NCBI RefSeq assembly: GCF_003428155.1
Contig: NZ_QLIR01000002.1
Span: 120,001 to 152,000, forward strand
DNA: 32,000 nt
From: Fastidiosibacter lacustris
GTDB lineage: Bacteria > Pseudomonadota > Gammaproteobacteria > Francisellales > Francisellaceae
Direction: 5' to 3'
Every line of letters begins with the position of its first letter. Position 1 is the stretch's first letter. Below, one piece after another: positions 9,026 to 18,108 of the stretch. Made by a program: the position numbers and the translations under genes. A model generated the notes under the pieces. That model was not told the origin of the DNA and did no database searches. It worked only from the letters and a program-made list of their open reading frames with translations.

Positions 9026-10835
9026 AGCACTTAAGTTATCTGTATCTATACTAACATGCGTTTTTACTTTGTCAGTAGATGCAAGTATTTTGCATTTTGG
9101 TTCGTTTTTAACGCTTGAATTAGATTTGTCAAAATATTTAAATCAATCAGCTGTGATTGATAAAAAAAGTGATGCTCCTGTTCCAAAAACAAATTTAGCT
9201 GTCATTCAAGGTACTACGGTAAAAGAAATAAATTCGCCAGAAAATATTTTAGAAGTAATAAAAAACCAAACAAATTTAACTAATATTTCGCATACGCATC
9301 GATTTATTGAGGATATTCGCTATCAGCGTTCAGTGAATAATGGTGGGGTATTGAAACTGCTGTGGGAAAAACAACCGGAAGCAATTGATTTCTTGGAACA
9401 TAAAAATACTTTAGTGATCACATTTAAGAATACAAGCATTGCAGATTATTGGTTACATAGTATTGATACTACAATATTTAATACAATTGTGTCTTCGCTT
9501 GATTTGCAGCAAGAAGGCAGTTCACTTATTATGATTATGCGGATGGATGTCCCATTTCACTATACTCATAAAACAACAAGTACAGGACTTGAAGTAGAAA
9601 TTAGTAATAAGCAAACGGAAATCGATGGATTTAGCGTTAATAAGAAAATTTCACTTAAATTTCAAGATGTACCGATCAGGTCACTTTTGCAAACAATGGC
9701 CCAATTTGCTGGTTTAAACTTAGTCATAAGTGATGGGGTTGAAGGGCAGGTATCATTGAGTCTCACTCAAGTACCGTGGGAGAAAGCACTTAATATCATT
9801 TTGTTATCAAAGAGCTTAGGGAAGCGGTTGATGGGGAGCATACTCTATATCGCACCTAATGCAGAGATTGCGGCACAAAATCAAGAGGCTGCGGTAGCTG
9901 AGCAAGCCAATCAAGCAGCAGCACCACTGACAACAGAATATATTCATTTAAACTACGCCAAAGCTGAAAATGTGATGAAGATGCTAGAATCTAGTAAACA
10001 GGGATTTTTGTCTTCACGCGGTTCGATAGCAACAGATGAGCGTACCAATATGTTGATTGTGACGGATACCAAAGACTATATCAGTGGCATTCGCTCGATG
10101 ATTAATAATTTAGATGAGCCTGTTGATCAAGTGCTTATTGAGGCACGCATCGTTGAAGTATCAAAAAAGTCAGCATTTGATTTAGGACTTGGTTATAAAG
10201 CAAATAATGGCAAAGATAGTAGTATTAGTATCTTACCTAATTATCAAGATCCATCTAAACCAAGCCAAGGTTCAACCAATGCAACTTTAGCGTTTGCAGG
10301 TTTGTTTGGTGGGATTGATCTTACTCTTGAGTTATCTGCATTAGAAACAGAAGGAGATGCAAAAATCATTTCATCTCCACACTTGGTTGTAGCAGAGAAT
10401 ACAGAAGCATTTATTAAGCAAGGTAAAGAGATTCCATATAATGAAAGTAGTGCTTCGGGAGCTGCTAGTGTTGCGTTTAAAGAAGCAGTATTAGAGCTTA
10501 AAGTGAAACCTCAAGTCGCCCCAAACGGGGATGTTATTTTGGATGTTACCGTTAAAAAAGATGCGCCATCTACTGATGCGGAATTAAGCACAAGTGGAGA
10601 ACCTGCATTAGACAAAAGGGAAATAAAAACAAAATTGATGATTAAAAATGGTCAAACAGTTGTTTTAGGCGGTATTTATGAAAAAACGATTGAATACTCT
10701 AAGAGTAAAGTTCCATTTTTAGGTGATATTCCACTTTTGGGTTGGTTATTTAGTAGTGTCAGTAATAGGGTTGAGAATAAGGAGTTATTGATTTTTATTA
10801 CTCCTAAAATTATTAAAAGCGAAACAAAGATTTAG
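9012..10835 (+). CDS. pilQ: Type IV pilus secretin PilQ
   Basis: 'ISLKFQDVPIRSLLQTMAQFAGLNLVISDGVEGQVSL' (secretin/TonB N-terminal domain), 'DQVLIEARIVEVSKKSAFDLGLGYK' and 'LKTKLMIKNGQTVVLGGIYEK...VPFLGDIPLLGWLFSS' (secretin signature). Confidence 0.95.
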   Translation: MLKTKALKLSVSILTCVFTLSVDASILHFGSFLTLELDLSKYLNQSAVIDKKSDAPVPKTNLAVIQGTTVKEINSPENILEVIKNQTNLTNISHTHRFIEDIRYQRSVNNGGVLKLLWEKQPEAIDFLEHKNTLVITFKNTSIADYWLHSIDTTIFNTIVSSLDLQQEGSSLIMIMRMDVPFHYTHKTTSTGLEVEISNKQTEIDGFSVNKKISLKFQDVPIRSLLQTMAQFAGLNLVISDGVEGQVSLSLTQVPWEKALNIILLSKSLGKRLMGSILYIAPNAEIAAQNQEAAVAEQANQAAAPLTTEYIHLNYAKAENVMKMLESSKQGFLSSRGSIATDERTNMLIVTDTKDYISGIRSMINNLDEPVDQVLIEARIVEVSKKSAFDLGLGYKANNGKDSSISILPNYQDPSKPSQGSTNATLAFAGLFGGIDLTLELSALETEGDAKIISSPHLVVAENTEAFIKQGKEIPYNESSASGAASVAFKEAVLELKVKPQVAPNGDVILDVTVKKDAPSTDAELSTSGEPALDKREIKTKLMIKNGQTVVLGGIYEKTIEYSKSKVPFLGDIPLLGWLFSSVSNRVENKELLIFITPKIIKSETKI

Positions 10836-11075
10836 ATTTTTAAACAAAGAACTTACGTTATTTATGGCTTATTTTGCTAGTTTCCCTAGACTCTTTAAAA
10901 TTAAGCCAAGCATCTGTGCTGAACTCCCCTAGATATAATCGATGACTCAGAGCAGGCATTAGCGTAAACTTTTAATCGCTATATAACGTAGCACGAGGCA
11001 TCTTCTATCGTGAATTATTTTGTAGTATTACGCAAAACAGTTTGTGATGGATATATAAAATTGATGGAGGAAATT

Positions 11076-11756
11076 ATGCCAAATCAAACTAAAAAAGTAG
11101 CCGTATTATTAGCAGGGTGTGGTTCATTAGATGGCAGTGAAATTCATGAAGCTGTATTAACGTTATTGTCATTATCAAAACGTGGTATTGACTATGAGGT
11201 TATTGCCCCGAATAAAAATCAACACCATGTGATCAATCACATCACAGGCCAAGAAATGTCAGAAAATCGTAATATGCTGGTTGAGGCGGCTCGTATTGCA
11301 AGAGGTAAGATAAAAGACTTGGCTCAAGTGCAGCCATATGATTATAGTGCACTTGTCCTACCAGGTGGTTTTGGCGCAGCCAAAAACCTATGTGATTTTG
11401 CTTTTAAGCAAGATGCAACCTATCAGGTTGACTCACAAGTGAAAAAGTTTATTGAAGCGTTTAAAGGTGAGCATAAACCAGTTGGTTTTATTTGTATTGC
11501 ACCTGTGATTGCAGCCGAAATTTACCCAAGCGTAAGCTTAACAATTGGTCAAGATGAGGCAATAGCGAACATACTTCAACAAAAAGGTGCAAAACACGTT
11601 AAGGAATGTGTCAGTAGTGTATGTATAGATCATGACAATCAAGTAGTGACAACGCCTGCATATATGTTAGGAAAATCGATCGCTGAGGTAGCTGAAGGTA
11701 TTGATAAATTAATTGAAGCAGTTGCCAGCTTGATAGATGAGAAAATTCATGTTTAA
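11076..11756 (+). CDS. elbB: ElbB-like (DJ-1/PfpI family) glyoxalase / isoprenoid biosynthesis protein
   Basis: 'KKVAVLLAGCGSLDGSEIHEAVLTLLSLSKRGIDYEVIAPNKNQHHVINH', 'ALVLPGGFGAAKNL', 'GFICIAPV'. Start moved to ATG 11076 because GGAGG lies at 11066-11070; the ORF track start is 11010. Confidence 0.88.
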   Translation: MPNQTKKVAVLLAGCGSLDGSEIHEAVLTLLSLSKRGIDYEVIAPNKNQHHVINHITGQEMSENRNMLVEAARIARGKIKDLAQVQPYDYSALVLPGGFGAAKNLCDFAFKQDATYQVDSQVKKFIEAFKGEHKPVGFICIAPVIAAEIYPSVSLTIGQDEAIANILQQKGAKHVKECVSSVCIDHDNQVVTTPAYMLGKSIAEVAEGIDKLIEAVASLIDEKIHV

Positions 11757-11760
11757 TGTC

Positions 11761-12852
11761 TTAATCAAGATAAAAACGTGTAACACGAGGGTTAATGGCG
11801 GTAAGTATGGCATAGCTTGAAGTACCAATTTGTTTGGCAATCTGATCAACAGTCAGTTTTGGTACACCAAACAAAGTCACGACATCTCCAATTTTGATAT
11901 CATGATTTGCACCAATTTCAATTGCCATTAAATCCATCGAAACTTTGCCCGCAGTGGGATAGGGGATATCGTTAATTAACACAGTTGTCCCATTTGGTGT
12001 AGATTGTGGATAACCATCACCATAACCGATACTGGCAATTGCGATATACGTGTCTTCTTCAGCAATATATCTACGATTGTAACCAACCGATTCACCTTTT
12101 TTGATCGGCTGAATGGCAATCACATGGCTGTGTAAAGACATCACGGAGTGAAGTGTACAACCAAGATCTTTTGCATCTTGCGCACAAGCTCCATATAAAG
12201 CAAGACCAATTCGAATCGTGTTGGTTTTATCAATGTTAGCATTCAGTAGAGAGGCAGCAGAGTTAAATGCACTGATATTGACAAGTTGTTTATCTTGAAT
12301 AAGTTGATAAAAACGGGTTAATTGTAACTGGGTAAAACTTTGATCTTTATTTTCTGATTCTGCTAAATGAGTTAAGGCGTTTAGTGGTTTTTGATAGAAC
12401 TGGGCCTTGTTGTATAAATCATTAAACTCGTTATAATTTAAGCCTAAACGATTCATTCCAGTATTGACTTTAAGCCATATTTCAGCGTTGCATCTTTTAA
12501 AATAAGGTACAAGTAATTCATATTGGTAAGTGCTATGAATGATAGGGATGAGGCTGTGATTGATCAACTTTTGTGTCATTTGTTGACAGAAAAAGCCGGA
12601 AAAAATAATGATTTTAGTATTTATGCCATAATCGCGTAGCTCAATACCTTCTTCAATACTCGCAACGCCAAAATAATCGCATAAACCATCTAGTGCATGT
12701 GCAATTTCAATTGCGCCATGACCATAAGCGTTTGCTTTGAGCATGACAATCACTTTTTTGTGTGGATGTAGTACTTTAATGTTGTGTAAATTTTGGTGTA
12801 AGTTTGTAAGGTGAATATCTGCAAAAGCTCGCAGATTGTGGTAGTTATTCAT
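11761..12852 (-). CDS. alr: Alanine racemase
   Basis: 'VIVMLKANAYGHGAIEIAHAL' (PLP Lys motif), 'FGVASIEEGIELR', 'WLKVNTGMNRLGL', 'SIGYGDGYPQ', 'GKVSMDLMAIEIG', 'VTLFG'. Confidence 0.95.
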   Translation of the reverse strand: MNNYHNLRAFADIHLTNLHQNLHNIKVLHPHKKVIVMLKANAYGHGAIEIAHALDGLCDYFGVASIEEGIELRDYGINTKIIIFSGFFCQQMTQKLINHSLIPIIHSTYQYELLVPYFKRCNAEIWLKVNTGMNRLGLNYNEFNDLYNKAQFYQKPLNALTHLAESENKDQSFTQLQLTRFYQLIQDKQLVNISAFNSAASLLNANIDKTNTIRIGLALYGACAQDAKDLGCTLHSVMSLHSHVIAIQPIKKGESVGYNRRYIAEEDTYIAIASIGYGDGYPQSTPNGTTVLINDIPYPTAGKVSMDLMAIEIGANHDIKIGDVVTLFGVPKLTVDQIAKQIGTSSYAILTAINPRVTRFYLD

Positions 12853-13101
12853 AACAAAAAGGCAAATAAAGTTAAAAAATTTAACGATGTGTTTAGGATA
12901 ACGCCTTTTAGAGTAAGTACAAGTTGTTTTGCGAGGCTATTGTTCTTAATAAATCATTTACCCTGAAATCTTTACTCTTTTTCGATGGTGACCAGTACCC
13001 TCTAATTTTGATAAAAGTTTACCGCAAAAATCGCTTGTGGGTTTTATTGGTAATGGTAATATAAAACTTCGTCAAATATCTAAGACTATAATACATAAAT
13101 T

Positions 13102-14322
13102 ATGTCGGAAACTTATACAATGCTATCGGTTTCAAGGATGAAACAACTCGGTGGTATTTTACTTATTGCAGGCACATCAATTGGTGCAGGCATGTTAGGT
13201 ATTCCCTATGTGGTAGCCGCGATTGGTTTTAAAAGCGCAGTGGTTTTGCTTTTTATTAACTGGATCATCATGTTGGCTACAGCATTACTGATTGTAGAAG
13301 TGAACATTAGGCAGCCGTTATCGGCGGATTTAAATACGATGGCTTATGCTACGTTAGGTAGAGTGGGGCAATTCATTAACTGGATTGCCTACTTATTGCT
13401 ATTATATGCTTTAACAACTGCTTATATTTCTATGGGTGGGAGTTTGCTTAATCAATATGTTTTACATTTATCAAGCTCAAGTGGTTATGGCGCTTTATTG
13501 TTTACGCTTCTGTTCGGGATGGTGATTTATTTTGGTACATCAGCCGTTGATCAGCTCAACAAAGTGTTTTTTACACTTAAGACTGTGTGTTTTATAGCGA
13601 TTATTGTGGTCGTTGTGCCTTATGTACAAACCAATTTGTTAGAAAGTGATAGTTTGGGTATTGGTTATGCTTGGTATGCCTTTCCAATTTTAATTACTTC
13701 TTTTGGTTTTCATATAGTGATCCCGACAATCCGTAATTATTTTAAAAACGATCAGGCCCTGAAAAAAATCGTTATAATTGGTGCCAGTGTACCATTTGTG
13801 GTATATGTTATTTGGGTTGCTATAACTTTAGGAGTCATTCCAGTATTAGGAAATTATGGCTTTCAATATTTAATGAAACATAACATAGATTTAGGGTTAG
13901 CTTATCACAACCTTCTGAATGTAGATGTAGTCAGTGGATTTATTGTTGGTTTTTCTAACGTTGCAGTTACGACTTCATTTTTAGGAGTAACTTTAGCGTT
14001 ATTTCATTTTAACCAGGATACTTATAAGCTTAAAAAAACGATGAAAGCGCGACTTGTGAATTTTGTAATCACCTATGTTCCGCCGTTAATATTTGCTGTA
14101 TTTTTTGTCAATGGCTTTTTAGCTGCTTTAGGCTATGCTAGTATCTTTGTCTGTATTTTATTAATCATATTGCCAGCCTGCATGACATGGTCATTAAGAC
14201 AAAAAGAAAAGCGTAATGGGTTATTGAGTAAGGCTTATCTTTTGCTGTTAATTGTAACGGGTGTATTTATCGTTATTCTCCAATTATTGGCAAGCATAGG
14301 ACTTTTAGCAGTATTATCGTGA
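13102..14322 (+). CDS. tyrP: Aromatic amino acid permease, HAAAP family (TyrP/Mtr-like)
   Basis: 'MKQLGGILLIAGTSIGAGMLGIPYVVAAIGF', about 11 TMs, 'YALTTAYISMGG', 'SFGFHIVIPTIRNYF'. The exact start is ambiguous among the Met codons at the N-terminus. Confidence 0.82.
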   Translation: MSETYTMLSVSRMKQLGGILLIAGTSIGAGMLGIPYVVAAIGFKSAVVLLFINWIIMLATALLIVEVNIRQPLSADLNTMAYATLGRVGQFINWIAYLLLLYALTTAYISMGGSLLNQYVLHLSSSSGYGALLFTLLFGMVIYFGTSAVDQLNKVFFTLKTVCFIAIIVVVVPYVQTNLLESDSLGIGYAWYAFPILITSFGFHIVIPTIRNYFKNDQALKKIVIIGASVPFVVYVIWVAITLGVIPVLGNYGFQYLMKHNIDLGLAYHNLLNVDVVSGFIVGFSNVAVTTSFLGVTLALFHFNQDTYKLKKTMKARLVNFVITYVPPLIFAVFFVNGFLAALGYASIFVCILLIILPACMTWSLRQKEKRNGLLSKAYLLLLIVTGVFIVILQLLASIGLLAVLS

Positions 14323-14573
14323 TTTAACTTGAGTTTTCGAGTTTTTTTAGTAATAATTCGCACATCGAGTTTACGTCTGAATAATATTTCTGCTAAACCT
14401 TGCTATGTAGCGCTCTTTCTACTTTTATGAAAGTAAATAACGAATACGTGGAAAATACGTAAACTTTTAGGCTTAATATTGATTTTTCTACGTATTATTG
14501 ATTTCACTCGCTCAGTGCTGGCGTGTTAAAGGTATGCGTAGTGTAGTGTAAAATTCTTGAAATAAGGGAATTC

Positions 14574-15278
14574 ATGTCCGAAGAGAATCAAATTACTTAT
14601 GAAGAAGTGTCAGCGATTGCTGATCGGTTAAATAAGGAGGGTCGTCGAGTCACCCTGGAGTATGTGCGTAGAGAGTTAGGTAAAGGTACACATGCACAAA
14701 TTGCTGTATTTTTAGGTAGGTGGCAAAAAGAAAATACGCATTTATCGGAACAGGAAAAATCAAAAAATAGAACTCAATGTTTTCGTGACAAAAACCATGA
14801 TAGGTCAAACGCTCAAGGTAAAGAAAGATCTAATATGCTTCGAAGACCTGATATGTCAACCTTTAAAGAGCATCGAACTCATCGACAACAGCAAGATGAA
14901 CTAGAATCATTGCAAAAGCGAGCTTTCGCTCGTAATTCGAAACCCCAATTTATCACAAATGGGAATGGGGAAGAATCGTATGAATCTATTGCACCAATGG
15001 AAGAGCTAACGACAGAGCGTTTACAAAAAGAGCCAGTCATTATTCAAAAGTTATTTCAAGCAATGATCGCGATTAAAGCAGCAAGGGCAGTGGCACTAGA
15101 AGAGTATCAACAAGCCCAAAGCGAGCTCTTAAGCACTCGCATGGAGTGTGATCAAAAAGTGCGTGAATTTAAAAAATACGCTAATGAGCAGTTATTGGCA
15201 TTGCAAAGTGAATATAGCCGTCTTAAAGCAATTACTGAACGTGAAGTCATTGCTATTCGTCAACAGCTAGACATATAA
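14574..15278 (+). CDS. KfrA-N-like DNA-binding protein with C-terminal coiled coil
   Basis: 'ITYEEVSAIADRLNKEGRRVTLEYVRRELGKGTHAQIAVFLGRWQKE' resembles the plasmid replication-region KfrA N-terminal HTH. Coiled coil from about aa 150 to the end. Confidence 0.7.
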   Translation: MSEENQITYEEVSAIADRLNKEGRRVTLEYVRRELGKGTHAQIAVFLGRWQKENTHLSEQEKSKNRTQCFRDKNHDRSNAQGKERSNMLRRPDMSTFKEHRTHRQQQDELESLQKRAFARNSKPQFITNGNGEESYESIAPMEELTTERLQKEPVIIQKLFQAMIAIKAARAVALEEYQQAQSELLSTRMECDQKVREFKKYANEQLLALQSEYSRLKAITEREVIAIRQQLDI

Positions 15279-15288
15279 TAATATTGCT

Positions 15289-15692
15289 AAGTTGGTCAGA
15301 CAGTCGCGTCTTACCACGTTATTACATTAGTGTTTAGCTTAAAATTATTGTCTAAAGATTAAGATGTAAAAAGTGGTAGGGTGAGGAAAGTCCGGGCTTC
15401 ACAGAGCAAGATGCCAGGTAATGCCTGGGAGGTGTGAACCTACGGAAAGTGCAACAGAGAGTAGACCGCCGATGGTATCTAAATATACACAGGTAAGGGT
15501 GAAACGGTGTGGTAAGAGCACACCGCGCTTTTGGTAACAAAAGTGGCACGGTAAACCCCATCTGAAGCAAGGTCAAATAGGGTTGTGATAGCATTGCTCG
15601 TGTTGCAACTGGGTAGACTGCTTGAGCATGATGGTGACATAATGCCTAGATAAATGACTGTCCACGACAGAACCCGGCTTATAGACTGACTT
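15289..15692 (+). ncRNA. rnpB: RNase P RNA, bacterial type A
   Basis: 5' AAGTTGGTCAGACAGTCGC. Core GAGGAAAGTCCGGGCTTCACAGAGCAAGATGCCAGGTAATGCCTGG. 3' CGACAGAACCCGGCTTATAGACTGACTT. The 5' AAGTTGGTC pairs with the 3' GACTGACTT to form P1. Confidence 0.96.
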
Positions 15693-15804
15693 AGTAAACA
15701 TATTAATGTTTATTTCTATACTTTCACTAGGGTTTTTGACTCATTTTCGTTATGCTTAAAGGCAAAGACTCTAGGCATTGTTATAAATAACGGACAAAGT
15801 ACAA

Positions 15805-18012
15805 ATGGTGAAAGTTACTGATCGCTATGTTTTAACAAAGGATGGTTTTATTGACTTTGAAAAATGGTTACCTTTGTTAGAGGAGTTTTATCCAAAGTCT
15901 AGGTTACAAACGATTGCTGGTGCTATTGATATTCTGGTGGAATATGGCATAGATCAACCATCAGTACATGGTGGAACATGTTTTAGCTATGGTGTGGAAA
16001 TGGCCGCAGTGCTTTTTGATTTGCAAGCAGATGAAGATTCTGTAGCCGCCGCCTTATTATTTGAGCTGCACTATAACCAAAAAATTCCGCACGAAAAAAT
16101 CATTGAAAGATGTGGCGAATCGGTGCTTAAAATCTTAGATGGAGCGTGTGCGATGTCCGCAGTACGCGCTTTGCAAAATGTAAAACCTAGCCAAACGCAG
16201 GTTGATACCTTTCGTAAAATGCTATTAACCATTGTTGAAGATGTACGTATTGTGTTGGTGAAGCTTGCTGATCGTGTGTGTACGATGCGAGCAGTCAAAC
16301 ATTGGACAGAAAGTTATAAGCAAACGATCGCTAAAGAAATCCTCGAAATATATGCCCCTTTGGCTAATCGTTTAGGATTGGCTAAAACAAAATGGGAGTT
16401 AGAAGACCGTGCATTTGCTTGCTTGTATCCTGTTGAATATAAAAAAATAGCACGAGGACTTAAGAAGAAGCGGCTACAAAGAGAAGCCTATATTCAAGAT
16501 GCGATGGATACATTGGCAGCTATTTTAGAAAAAGAAGGGATTCACTTTGAGTTAAGTGGACGTGTTAAGCATATCTATAGCATTTGGCGTAAGCTTAGGA
16601 AAAAAGAGCGTGATTTAAATGAAATTTATGACATCCGTGCGATGCGTATTTTAGTTGATTCAGTGGATGAGTGTTATCGCGTATTGAGTATTGTTAATGA
16701 GTTATGGGAACCGATTCCCAATGAGTTTGCAGACTATATTGCTACACCAAAACAAAATGGTTATCGCTCTGTACACACTGTTGTTTATGGTCCTGACGCA
16801 TTGACGCTTGAAGTTCAAATTAGAACCTTTGATATGCACAACGAATCAGAAATGGGTGTGGCTGCACATTGGCGTTATAAAGAAGGGGTACGACATGATC
16901 CAAGTTATGAGGCAAGAGTCAATTGGTTAAGGTCATTATTAGATTGGGAAAGTGAGCTTGCCAATGAACTCAATAGTGATGAACTAAGAAAGAATATTAC
17001 TAGTAATCGTGTTTATGTGTTTACACCCAATGGTGATGTTATTGATATGGAATCAGGTTCTACTGTATTAGATTTTGCCTATATGGTGCATACAATGGTA
17101 GGACATCGAACCAAAGGCGCGAAAGTTAACGGTAAGATTGTTCCATTAACAACAAAGCTTGATACAGGTGATAGGGTTGAAATATTAACCCAAAAGGAGC
17201 CACATCCAAGTTTGGATTGGGCAAATGTAAGCAATGGCTTTATTTACTCGGCAAAAATCAGAGCTCGTGTTGCGCGTTGGTTTAAGCAACAAAATAAGGA
17301 GCAAAATGCGCTACTAGGACGTGAGCGTTTACTAGATGAGCTGAAGCACCATCGATTGAGGTCTGTTGATTATAAACTGATTGCAGAGCATTTTAACATG
17401 TCTGATGAAGAAACTTTTTATGCAAGTATCGAAACAGGGGATCTTCGTTTTAATCAAGTGATTAACTATATTGTTGAGCACTATAAACAGTTAGACAAAA
17501 CAGTCCACGATGATAAGGCATTAAAAGGGTTTAACACAACACAAAATCTGGATGAAAAGGTTAGGAAAACGGACTTAACAATTTATGGTGTGGATAATTT
17601 GTTATCACACATGGCTGGTTGCTGTAAGCCTGTGCAAGGAGACGATATCGTTGGTTATTTAACACAAGGTAGAGGCGTGACTGTGCATCGTACAGTATGT
17701 CCAAACTTCTTGAAATTACGCTTAAATGCACCTGAACGTGTACTTGATGTTCAATGGGGGAAAAAGGATTTGCGTCGCTATCAAGTTGATTTATTACTCG
17801 TTTGTAGTGACGTTATCAAGGCAGTGCATGAAGTAACAAGCATTTTGGCAATTGAGAAAATTACTATTGTTAGTTTGCAGCCATCATCTTCTGACAAGCA
17901 CAAAATCATTAAACTCAACCTCATTTTAAGTGATATGCAAACCTTGGAGGCTTTAGTAAAGAAGATCAATAGTACGGAGCATGTTGAAACAATCTCAAGG
18001 GTGATTTGTTAG
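15805..18012 (+). CDS. relA: (p)ppGpp synthetase RelA (degenerate HD hydrolase domain)
   Basis: RelA/SpoT synthetase 'YDIRAMRILVDSVDECYRVLSIVNELW...DYIATPKQNGYRSVHTVV'. TGS domain 'RVYVFTPNGDVIDMESGSTVLDFAYMVHTMVGHRTKGAKVNG'. ACT-type C-terminus. The HD motif is replaced (LLFELHYNQ). Confidence 0.93.
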   Translation: MVKVTDRYVLTKDGFIDFEKWLPLLEEFYPKSRLQTIAGAIDILVEYGIDQPSVHGGTCFSYGVEMAAVLFDLQADEDSVAAALLFELHYNQKIPHEKIIERCGESVLKILDGACAMSAVRALQNVKPSQTQVDTFRKMLLTIVEDVRIVLVKLADRVCTMRAVKHWTESYKQTIAKEILEIYAPLANRLGLAKTKWELEDRAFACLYPVEYKKIARGLKKKRLQREAYIQDAMDTLAAILEKEGIHFELSGRVKHIYSIWRKLRKKERDLNEIYDIRAMRILVDSVDECYRVLSIVNELWEPIPNEFADYIATPKQNGYRSVHTVVYGPDALTLEVQIRTFDMHNESEMGVAAHWRYKEGVRHDPSYEARVNWLRSLLDWESELANELNSDELRKNITSNRVYVFTPNGDVIDMESGSTVLDFAYMVHTMVGHRTKGAKVNGKIVPLTTKLDTGDRVEILTQKEPHPSLDWANVSNGFIYSAKIRARVARWFKQQNKEQNALLGRERLLDELKHHRLRSVDYKLIAEHFNMSDEETFYASIETGDLRFNQVINYIVEHYKQLDKTVHDDKALKGFNTTQNLDEKVRKTDLTIYGVDNLLSHMAGCCKPVQGDDIVGYLTQGRGVTVHRTVCPNFLKLRLNAPERVLDVQWGKKDLRRYQVDLLLVCSDVIKAVHEVTSILAIEKITIVSLQPSSSDKHKIIKLNLILSDMQTLEALVKKINSTEHVETISRVIC

Positions 18013-18108
18013 CTTTTACTTTGTCGTTCAAATAAACTGTTACCATCTAAAGACTTTTATAAAACTCTGCGTATAATGCTGGATAAATCCATCGTTACTT
18101 AGATCATA

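Noticed and set aside
13022-13040. CCGCAA...TTGTGG dyad before the permease gene, considered as terminator or attenuator
   Set aside because: Short 6-bp stem including a G-T pair; the downstream T run is interrupted; likely chance in the divergent alr/permease promoter region.
15352-15594. ORF of 80 aa on the - strand
   Set aside because: Lies entirely antisense to the highly conserved RNase P RNA; spurious.
15695-15712. TAAACAT-ATTA-ATGTTTA hairpin immediately after rnpB, considered as terminator
   Set aside because: Perfect 7-bp dyad but entirely AT-rich with only a short interrupted T run; too weak to call without RNA data.
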